Shown piece by piece: positions 57,022-64,000 of a DNA stretch of 64,000 nucleotides. The position numbers and the translations under genes are program-made. The notes under the pieces were generated by a model. The model saw nothing but the letters and a program-made list of their open reading frames with translations, was not told the DNA's origin and searched no databases. The stretch spans positions 64,001 to 128,000 of the forward strand of contig CAVSIV010000001.1 in the NCBI GenBank assembly GCA_963728205.1, written 5' to 3'. Origin of the DNA: an uncultured Chloroflexia bacterium. Its GTDB lineage: Bacteria > Chloroflexota > Dehalococcoidia > UBA2979. The first letter of the stretch is position 1; each line of letters starts with the position of its first letter.

Positions 57022-57774
57022 ATGACGACGAACCGCGGCGGCGCGACGAGCCGGCTGGTCGTGATTGCGATCGACGACACCGACATGCCCGACACCCGCG
57101 GCACGGGCCGCCTCGCGCGCATGCTCACGCAGGAGCTGGAGGAGGCCGGGCTCGGCCGGTCGGTCGGCGTCACCCGCCACCAGTTCTGGGACGGCCCCGG
57201 CGTGCCGTTCACGTCGCACAACTCCGCGAACGCGATCGGGCTCGACAGTGCCGCGTCGCTCGACGACCTCGAGGCCTTCGCCCGTCGCGTGATGGAGCGC
57301 GAGTTCATCGAGGGCTCAGACCCCGGCCTCGCCCTGCTCACCGGCCCCGCGCCCGCCGAGGTGATCGCGTTCGCCCGCCGCGCGCAGCGCGAGCTCGTGC
57401 GCCGCCAGGAGGCCGAGGCGCTGATCGACGCCTGCGGGCTGCGCGTGCGCGGCCTCGCCGGCACGCGTGACGGCATGATCGGCGCGCTGTGCGCGTCGGC
57501 CCTGCGCTGGGAGGGCAACGACGGCCGCTACATCGGCCTCCCCGGCATCCGCGACCTCGTCGGCCGCGTGCGCGTCGCGTCGGTCTTCGCGACCGCGCCG
57601 GTCGCGGCCGTGATCGACGAGGGCACGGGCTCGAACCTCGACGCCGCCGTTATGCTCGACACCGGCGACTGGGTCCGCCCGCGGCTGATGGACGGCCGCC
57701 CGGTGGTGGTCGCCCGGCCCAGCGACGAAGCAGGAGTGTGGATCAATGCTGACCGCCGCACGCACGAGGACTAG
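57022..57774 (+). CDS. TiaS N-terminal-like (DDTD motif) protein
   Basis: IAIDDTD...GTG, VTRHQ, PFTSHNS, GSDPGL, GTRDGMIGAL. Confidence 0.7.
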   Translation: MTTNRGGATSRLVVIAIDDTDMPDTRGTGRLARMLTQELEEAGLGRSVGVTRHQFWDGPGVPFTSHNSANAIGLDSAASLDDLEAFARRVMEREFIEGSDPGLALLTGPAPAEVIAFARRAQRELVRRQEAEALIDACGLRVRGLAGTRDGMIGALCASALRWEGNDGRYIGLPGIRDLVGRVRVASVFATAPVAAVIDEGTGSNLDAAVMLDTGDWVRPRLMDGRPVVVARPSDEAGVWINADRRTHED

Positions 57775-58324
57775 CCCGCTCGGGGTCCCACACCGCGGGC
57801 TGCTGGTCGACATCGGCATCGCGCTGCTGACCGGCCTGGGCATGGCGGTCGCGAAGGCGACGCTCGACTTCTCGCTCGGCATCCCCGGGCACGCCGGCAC
57901 GTTCTGGATCGCGGTGCTGGTCGCCGGCGCGATCGTGAACCGCCGGCCGGGCATGACCGTGCTCGCCGGGGCGTCGGTCGGCATGTGGGCCGTGCCGCTC
58001 GGGCTGGGGCACACCGCGCTCTACAACGTCGAGCTGTACGGCACCGCGGCGGCGACGCTCGAGGTGCTGATGCGGCTGCGGCTGCCGGTCGGCACGCTGC
58101 TCGGCGCGACGGTCGGCGGGGCGCTCGCCCACGCCGCGAAGTTCGGCTTCATCTACGGCTCCGCCGCGTCGGCGGGCATCGTGAAGCACTTCGAGCTGTT
58201 CGGCATCCTGCCGGCGCTGCGCAACCACGTGCTGTTCGGCCTGCTCGGGGGCGCGATGGCGTGGCTGGCCGTCAACGCGAGCCGCGAGGGCTGGCACGCC
58301 GCCGCCAGGCGGCTGCGCCGCTGA
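57746..58324 (+). CDS. Small integral membrane protein, possibly ECF S-component-like
   Basis: About 190 aa with 5-6 hydrophobic helices, LGIPGHAG motif, NHVLFGLLGG; overlaps the upstream gene. Confidence 0.65.
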   Translation: MLTAARTRTSPLGVPHRGLLVDIGIALLTGLGMAVAKATLDFSLGIPGHAGTFWIAVLVAGAIVNRRPGMTVLAGASVGMWAVPLGLGHTALYNVELYGTAAATLEVLMRLRLPVGTLLGATVGGALAHAAKFGFIYGSAASAGIVKHFELFGILPALRNHVLFGLLGGAMAWLAVNASREGWHAAARRLRR

Positions 58325-58350
58325 CGGCTCGCGGCAGAGCCCGTCCTGCG

Positions 58351-58612
58351 CCTGTCGAAGGGCTTCAGGCCTCGTCTTCCGAGTCAAAGCGGCGGCAGAT
58401 ATGCCGCCGACAGGACGCGGACGCAGTCCGCGGCTGGCGCCGCGCTTCTGTCGGCGGCATATCTGCCGCCGCTTTGGGTGAGGTTCATGCGCGCACGCCG
58501 CCCCACCGGGGCATGCTGACTGCAGTGGATCGTGAGCACCCGGCACGGAGGCGGCACCGTCGCGCGATGAGAGTGGCCATGGCGCACGGCAGGCCTGAAG
58601 CCCTTCGACAGG
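58351..58612. repeat. Composite REP/MITE-like element (reverse orientation)
   Basis: Terminal IR CCTGTCGAAGGGCTTCAGGCCT / AGGCCTGAAGCCCTTCGACAGG; core at 58385-58476. Confidence 0.88.
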
Positions 58613-58685
58613 CTCTGCCGCGCGCCCGGAGTCGTACCCTCCCCGCACCGCGAGGTGCGGGTTTGTTCGTCCTGAGGGGGATGCC

Positions 58686-59684
58686 ATGCAACTGATGCAG
58701 CACCGGCCGCTGGGGCGCACGGGGCTCGAGGTGCCCGCGGTCATCTTCGGCGCGGGGAACGTCGGCGGCGGGGTGTTCACGGGGACCGACGCCGAGCGCA
58801 CCGCCCTCGTGCGGCGCGCGCTCGACCGCGGCATCTCGTGGATCGACACCGCGCCGCAGTACGGCGCCGGGCAGTCCGAGGAGAACCTCGGCCGCATCCT
58901 GCACGAGCTGCGGCCCGACGGCGCGAACCCGCGCATCTCGACGAAGGTGCGGCTCGCGCCCGACGAGCTGGACGACATCCCCGCGGCCGTGGAGCGTTCG
59001 CTCGCGCAGAGCCTCGCGCGGCTGCAGCGCCCGGGCGTCACGCTGCTGCAGCTGCACAACCCGATCGCGATGGAGCGCGACGCCGAGGCCGGCCGGCTCG
59101 GCGTCGACGACGTGCTCGGGCCGGGCGGCGTCGCCGACGCGCTGGAGGCGGTGCGCGCGAACGCCGGCACGCGGCTCATCGGCTTCACCGGCCTTGGCGA
59201 GGCCGACGCGCTGCACCGCGTCGTGGACTCCGGCCGCTTCGACACCGTCCAGGCCTACTGCAACCTGCTCAACCCCAGCGCCGGCCACACCGTGCCCGCC
59301 GGCTTCGGTGCCCACGACTACCGCGGGCTGGCCGGCGCCGCGGCCGAGCGTGGCATGGGCGTGCTCGCGATCCGTGTGATGGCCGCCGGCGCAATCGCCG
59401 GCGCCGCGCCGCGCGCCGGCCGGCGCGCGCTGTCGCCCGGCTCCGCCCCCGACGACGACGTCGTGCGGGCGCGGGCCGTCGCCGGGGCGCTCGACGGCGA
59501 GCCCGGCACGCTGCCGCAGCGCGCGATCCGCTTCGCGCTGGACACGCCCGGCGTGAGCGGAGCGCTCGTCGGCTTCTCGACGCCGGCGCAGGTGGAGGAG
59601 GCAGCGGCGGCCGCGGAGCTCGCGCCGCTCTCGCCGCGCGCGCTGGCCGCGCTGCGGGGCCTGTGGGAGCGCGACTTCAGGTAG
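58686..59684 (+). CDS. Aldo/keto reductase
   Basis: RPLGRTGLEV, IDTAPQYGAGQSEE, ISTK, SLARL, QLHN, AIRFAL. Confidence 0.92.
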   Translation: MQLMQHRPLGRTGLEVPAVIFGAGNVGGGVFTGTDAERTALVRRALDRGISWIDTAPQYGAGQSEENLGRILHELRPDGANPRISTKVRLAPDELDDIPAAVERSLAQSLARLQRPGVTLLQLHNPIAMERDAEAGRLGVDDVLGPGGVADALEAVRANAGTRLIGFTGLGEADALHRVVDSGRFDTVQAYCNLLNPSAGHTVPAGFGAHDYRGLAGAAAERGMGVLAIRVMAAGAIAGAAPRAGRRALSPGSAPDDDVVRARAVAGALDGEPGTLPQRAIRFALDTPGVSGALVGFSTPAQVEEAAAAAELAPLSPRALAALRGLWERDFR

Positions 59685-59767
59685 CGGGCGCGGCGCGGCC
59701 CACCTGGCCGCCCTCAGATCGGCGGCGGGTACGCCGCCGATCCCGCCGCGGGCGACCCGCAGCGAAC

Positions 59768-59864
59768 CCACAGCGGCGGCAGACATGCCGCCGACAGATG
59801 CGCGGCTTCGGCCGCGCGAACTCGCGTTCGCGATCTGTCGGCGGCATGTCTGCCGCCGCTGTGG
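59768..59864. repeat. Family A palindrome between convergent genes
   Basis: CCACAGCGGCGGCAGACATGCCGCCGACAGAT...ATCTGTCGGCGGCATGTCTGCCGCCGCTGTGG. Confidence 0.9.
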
Positions 59865-59886
59865 CTGGGCGTGACGGGCGCCGCCG

Positions 59887-60318
59887 TTACGCCGCCACCG
59901 GCCAGAGCCGGCGCACCTCCGCGGGCAGCGCCTCGCGCACGTCGTGGATCTCGCCGGCGCTGACGTGCGCGGCCAGCACCGCGAACACCGCGCTCGCCGC
60001 GATCGCCGCCTCTTCGAGCGTCATGTCCGGGACGTCCACGCGCACGTGCTCGAGGAACTCCGCCTCGGTGCGCTCCTTCAGCGCGGTATGCACCGGGCGC
60101 CAGCCCTCGAAGTAGAGGCCGCGCACCAGCATCGGCAGCTGCGCCGCCAGCTGGGCCGACTCGTCGACCGCCAGGCGGTCACGCAGGGCGTGCAGCGTGC
60201 CGCGCAGCGCCTGGTACGCGCGCCGCTTGTCGGGGATGCCGAGCGCGGCCGCGACCGCGTTCAGCCAGGCGGTGCTCTTCTGGTAGGTCTCGTCGAAGGG
60301 GTTGGGGTTGTCGGTCAT
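59887..60318 (-). CDS. DUF2267 family protein
   Basis: AWLNAV...AYQALRGTLHALRDRL...AQLPMLVRGLYFEGW...LP..VRRLWP. Confidence 0.9.
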   Translation of the reverse strand: MTDNPNPFDETYQKSTAWLNAVAAALGIPDKRRAYQALRGTLHALRDRLAVDESAQLAAQLPMLVRGLYFEGWRPVHTALKERTEAEFLEHVRVDVPDMTLEEAAIAASAVFAVLAAHVSAGEIHDVREALPAEVRRLWPVAA

Positions 60319-60451
60319 CGCGTCGTCCCCCCGTGGCTGCGGGGCGCAGGTGACAGCATCGTGCGCCGGCGCGGGCGGCGGCGGAACGGGAGGAAGGCCC
60401 GCGTTGAGGGTGGCGTTTGGGCCGCGGCAGGCCCTCGCTCCGGCGCGCGGC

Positions 60452-60565
60452 AGCGGCGGCAGATATGCCGCCGACAGGACGCGGACGCGGTCCGCGGCTG
60501 GCGCCGCGCTTCTGTCGGCGGCATGTCTGCCGCCGCTTTGGGTGACGTTCATGCGCGCACGGCGC
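60452..60565. repeat. Family A element with flank (reverse orientation)
   Basis: Core at 60452-60537 followed by GGGTGACGTTCATGCGCGCACGGCGC. Confidence 0.85.
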
Positions 60566-60580
60566 CCCGCGCCGGAACCC

Positions 60581-62299
60581 CTAGACCCCGCCCCCGCCGC
60601 CCCCGGCGGCGGCGCCGGTGGCGGGTTCCGCCTCCGCGACGGGCTCGCGCTCGGGCTCCGGCTCCGGCGCCATCACCGGCGCCTCGCCCGTCGTGTCCAG
60701 CGTCGAGAACGTCCCGCGCAGCTTGAACGGCTTGAACGTCGCCGCCAGCACCACCACGCACAGCGCGGCGATCACCGAGCCGAGGAAGATGCGGTCGATC
60801 GCGTCGGCGACGCCCTGCTTCTGCGCCGCGACCGTCTCCGCCAGCACCGCCTGGCCGTCGGGCAGCGCGCCGATCGTCGCCTTCACCGGCTCGAAGCGCC
60901 GCGGGTCGAGCGCCAGCGTCGGGTCCTTGAACTCCGCGTAGATGGCCGGCGGCACCACCACGCGCGCGGCCGGCGAGCGCGACTGGAACGACGAGACGTA
61001 CGTCGTCGTGAAGATCAGCCCGAAGATCGCGATGCCCATCACCTGCGCGATCTGCATGAAGAACTGGCGCGTGCTCGTCGCCACGCCCATGAATTCCTGC
61101 GCGACCGCCGCCTGCACGACCACCGACATGATCGGCATGATCATTCCGCCGCCGAGCCCCGAGATGATCATGAAGACCGCGATGTGCCACGTCGGGTCGC
61201 CCACGCCCAGCCGGTGCAGCAGCCACGCCGCGATCAGCGTCAGCACCGAGCCGAACATCACCACGTACTTGAAGCTGCCCGTGCGCGCGACGAACTGGCC
61301 GCCGATCACGCTCGAGATCAGCACGCCCACCGACTGCGGCGTGGAGACCAGGCCGGACGCCGTCGCCGACGCGCCGAGCGCCGTCTGGATGAACGTCGGC
61401 AGGTACTGGATCGCGCCGAACATGCCGGCCCCGGCGAACACCACGAGCAGGTTCGCCTGCACGAACGCGCGGTTCTTGAAGAGGAAGAGCGGCAGGATCG
61501 CCTCGGGGTGGCGCTTCTCCTGCAGGATGAACAGCACCCACAGCAAGAGCGACACGCCGAAGAGCCCGATCGTCTCGGGCGCCCCCCAGCCGAAGTGCTC
61601 GGTCGCCCACACCAGCGCGAGGATCAGCGTGACGGCCGCGCCGGTGAGCAGCGCCGAGCCCAGCGCGTCGACATCGGCCAGCCGCCGGCCGCCCGGCCGC
61701 ACGTTCGGCAGGTTGCGCCAGATGAAGTAGATGCCGGCCGCGCCGACCGGCAGGTTGATGTAGAAGCACCAGCGCCAGCCCGGGCCGTCGGTGAGGAAGC
61801 CGCCGAGCGTCGGGCCGACCAGCGACGCGATCGTGAACGCGCCGATGAAGTAGCCCATGTACTTCGCGCGCTCGAGCGGCGTGAAGAGGTCGCCGAGCGT
61901 CGAGAACACGCACGCGAAGATCAGCCCGCCGCCGATGCCCTGCACCGCGCGCGCCGCGATCAGGAACGGCATCGACGGCGCGGCGCCGCAGAGCGCCGAC
62001 GCCGCGATGAAGAGCGCGACGCCGCCGATGATGAACCACTTGCGGCCGAACATGTCGGAGAGCTTGCCGGCCAGCGGCACGACGACCGTCGACGACAGCA
62101 GGTACACGGTGAACACCCACGACAGCAGCGGGAAGCCGCCGAGGTCCGCGAGGATGCGCGGCATCGCGGTCGCGACGATCGACTGATCGAGCGCGCTGAT
62201 GAACATGCAGAGCATGAGCGAGTTCATCAGCAGGAACTTCTGCCGGGGTGCGAGGAATTCGCCGATCGGCTGAACGGCGGTACGGGGCGAGGTCGTCAT
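60581..62299 (-). CDS. DHA2 (EmrB/QacA-type) MFS efflux transporter
   Basis: LDQSIVATAMP, GKLSDMFGRK, RAVQGIGGG, GPTLGGFLT, WRWCFYINLPVG. Confidence 0.92.
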   Translation of the reverse strand: MTTSPRTAVQPIGEFLAPRQKFLLMNSLMLCMFISALDQSIVATAMPRILADLGGFPLLSWVFTVYLLSSTVVVPLAGKLSDMFGRKWFIIGGVALFIAASALCGAAPSMPFLIAARAVQGIGGGLIFACVFSTLGDLFTPLERAKYMGYFIGAFTIASLVGPTLGGFLTDGPGWRWCFYINLPVGAAGIYFIWRNLPNVRPGGRRLADVDALGSALLTGAAVTLILALVWATEHFGWGAPETIGLFGVSLLLWVLFILQEKRHPEAILPLFLFKNRAFVQANLLVVFAGAGMFGAIQYLPTFIQTALGASATASGLVSTPQSVGVLISSVIGGQFVARTGSFKYVVMFGSVLTLIAAWLLHRLGVGDPTWHIAVFMIISGLGGGMIMPIMSVVVQAAVAQEFMGVATSTRQFFMQIAQVMGIAIFGLIFTTTYVSSFQSRSPAARVVVPPAIYAEFKDPTLALDPRRFEPVKATIGALPDGQAVLAETVAAQKQGVADAIDRIFLGSVIAALCVVVLAATFKPFKLRGTFSTLDTTGEAPVMAPEPEPEREPVAEAEPATGAAAGGGGGGV

Positions 62300-62540
62300 A
62301 GTGGTGGTCGCGCCGGCGGAATGGAACACCGTGCGCGCGGTCCGGCGATCCTATGCGATTGCGGGCGAAGGTGGTGAAGCGCCGGTCGAAATGCAAGACC
62401 ACCGACCCCCCGGCAGCGCGCGCGTCCGCCGCCGTACGTCCTGCTGTCCCCGCGACGGGCCCCGGGCGGTCGATGCCGCCGCAGGGCCGTGCTGCCCGCG
62501 CGTCCGGCGGGCGTTGCGCCGTTCCGCCATCTGCCGTATA

Positions 62541-62569
62541 TATTTCGCGCACGAAATAGTTTCACGAAA
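62541..62569. promoter_or_regulatory. Putative TetR operator
   Basis: TATTTCG-N4-CGAAATA and TTTC-AC-GAAA palindromes in an AT-rich patch immediately before the tetR ATG, divergent from the MFS gene. Confidence 0.6.
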
Positions 62570-62574
62570 TTGCC

Positions 62575-63175
62575 ATGCCGCGACGCTACCGCCAGACCGC
62601 CCGCGCCAGCGCCACCGCCGAGACCCGCGGCCGGATCGCCGAGGCCGCCCGCGCGGTGCACGCCCGTCGCGGCATCGCCGGCGCCAGCTACGACGAGATC
62701 GCCGAGGCGGCCGGCGTCTCCACCGCGACCGTCTACCGGCACTTCCCGACGCTCGAGGCGCTGATCCCGGCCTGCGCGGGGTCGAATCCCCGTGTTGCAG
62801 CCCGCCACGCCCGCGCTCGTCGACGCGCTCTTCGCCGGGCGCGCCACCGTGGCGGAGCGGCTCGACGTGCTCGTGACGGGCACCTGCGACTGCTATCGCG
62901 ACGACCGCCCGTGGCTCGCGGCGCTGCGCGGCGGCGAGGACACGCACGACCGGCTGCGCGCGCTCGCGCGGTCGTCGGTCGAGAACCTCGCGGTGCTCGT
63001 GCGCGCGGCGCTCGGCCCGCGGCCGGCCGACGCGCGCCGCGTGCAGGTGATCACGGCGCTGCTCGACTTCCCCTTCTGGAACTCGCTGCTCGCGGTGGGG
63101 CTCGACGCGCCCGCCGCCACCGAGCAGGTGCGAGCGATGGTCCATGAGGAGGCGGCGAAGGCCGCGCGACGATGA
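62575..63175 (+). CDS. TetR/AcrR family regulator with a +1 frameshift near 62785-62791
   Basis: TRGRIAEAA...SYDEIAEAAGVSTATVYRHFPT HTH; C-terminal domain continues in the next frame (VLQPATPALVDALF...). Confidence 0.82.
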
Positions 63176-63191
63176 CGAAGGAGGCGGCGGG

Positions 63192-63692
63192 ATGACCGAC
63201 GTGACGGCGGCGGCGACGGCGGAGCAGGCGTACGTGCGCGCCGACGGCGAGGGCGAGGCGCTCTGGTTCGCGGGCGCGCTGATGGTGGTGAAGGCCGCGC
63301 GCGAGGACACCGGCGGCCGCTTCGCGCTGCTCGATCAGCGGGTGCCGGCGGGCTACGCCGCTCCGCTGCACGTGCACCACGACGAGGACGAGGGCTGGTA
63401 CGTGCTCGAGGGCGCCGCCCGCTTCACGTGCGGCGAACGCACGTTCACGGCGTCGGCGGGCGCCTGGGTCTTCCTCCCGAAAGGCGTGCCGCACACGTTC
63501 AGCGTCGACGGCGCACCCGCGCGCTTCCTCACGCTGACCGCGCCGGCGGAGTTCGGCGAGTTCGTGCGCGCCGCGGGCGAGCCCGCGCGGGCGCTCACCG
63601 TCCCGCCGCCGGGCCCCGCGGACGTGGCGCGGCTGGCCGCGATCGCCGCGGAGCACGGCATCGAGATCGTCGGACCGCCGCCGGCGCACTGA
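63192..63692 (+). CDS. Cupin protein (quercetin 2,3-dioxygenase-like)
   Basis: PLHVHHDEDEGWYVLEG and PKGVPHTF cupin motifs; GGAGG RBS. Confidence 0.88.
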   Translation: MTDVTAAATAEQAYVRADGEGEALWFAGALMVVKAAREDTGGRFALLDQRVPAGYAAPLHVHHDEDEGWYVLEGAARFTCGERTFTASAGAWVFLPKGVPHTFSVDGAPARFLTLTAPAEFGEFVRAAGEPARALTVPPPGPADVARLAAIAAEHGIEIVGPPPAH

Positions 63693-63757
63693 CGGGGTCG
63701 TCGGGGTTCGCGACGCGGACTGGACGTCACCCGTCCGACGTTTGTTAGCCTCGGACG

Positions 63758-64000
63758 ATGAACGCAGCCGTGATCCCCGTCCTCGTCTTCGTCGCCGGCA
63801 TGGCCGACGTGTCGTTCGGCACCGGCCGCATGCTGATGATCGCCGCCGGGCTGCGCTGGCAGGCGGCGCTGCTCGCGATGGTGCAGGTGGCCGTCTTCGT
63901 CGGTGCCATCAGCGCGGTCGTGAACAACCTGAACAACCCGTTCGCAATCCTCGGGTACGTGCTCGGCTGGGGTATCGGCACGCTCCTCGGCATGTGGGTC
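63758..64000 (+). CDS. DUF5698/DUF2179 (UPF0316-like) membrane protein, 3' end outside the window
   Basis: MNAAVIPVLVFVAGMADVSFGTGRML...NLNNPFAILGYVLGWGIGTLLGMW. Confidence 0.75.
   Translation, partial: MNAAVIPVLVFVAGMADVSFGTGRMLMIAAGLRWQAALLAMVQVAVFVGAISAVVNNLNNPFAILGYVLGWGIGTLLGMWV

Noticed and set aside
57022-57774. Calling this tiaS (tRNA-Ile2 agmatidine synthetase)
   Set aside because: Too short and lacks the tRNA-binding OB and Zn-ribbon domains; bacteria normally use TilS
1-64000. tRNA, rRNA, transposase, integrase or prophage genes
   Set aside because: No recognisable motifs seen; a covariance-model or HMM search would be needed to exclude small RNAs and riboswitches

Overview
Very GC-rich bacterial DNA. 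The Tat-lipoprotein peptide-binding proteins and tandem CoA-transferases suggest a Chloroflexota (Dehalococcoidia/Tepidiforma-like) genome, which is an inference. The window holds about 41 plausible genes. The left end has an extracytoplasmic flavinylation module (FMN-binding protein, ApbE, RnfD/NqrB-like membrane protein) next to a stand-alone NuoF-like flavoprotein. From about 5.9 to 46.8 kb lies a large acyl-CoA catabolic island: three single-chain biotin carboxylases (BC-BCCP-CT), a free BCCP, a free CT, three fused family III CoA-transferases, two Opp/Dpp-type ABC systems, a LAL-type LuxR regulator and an Ltp2-like thiolase-fold/DUF35 pair, interrupted by a PAS/GAF-GGDEF-EAL gene. The right part is mixed: GH35-like hydrolase, MgtC/DUF4010, ABC-2 exporter, hybrid kinase, an uncharacterised lipoprotein/TiaS-like/membrane triad, AKR, DUF2267, MFS, TetR and cupin. 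Many intergenic spaces carry a modular palindromic REP/MITE-like element (about 16 copies) whose central spacer occurs in both orientations. Two repeat families have also entered coding sequence in frame. Four genes have +1 frameshifts, probably sequencing errors. I found no CRISPR, tRNA, rRNA or transposase. All family calls come from motif recognition by eye, not database searches.
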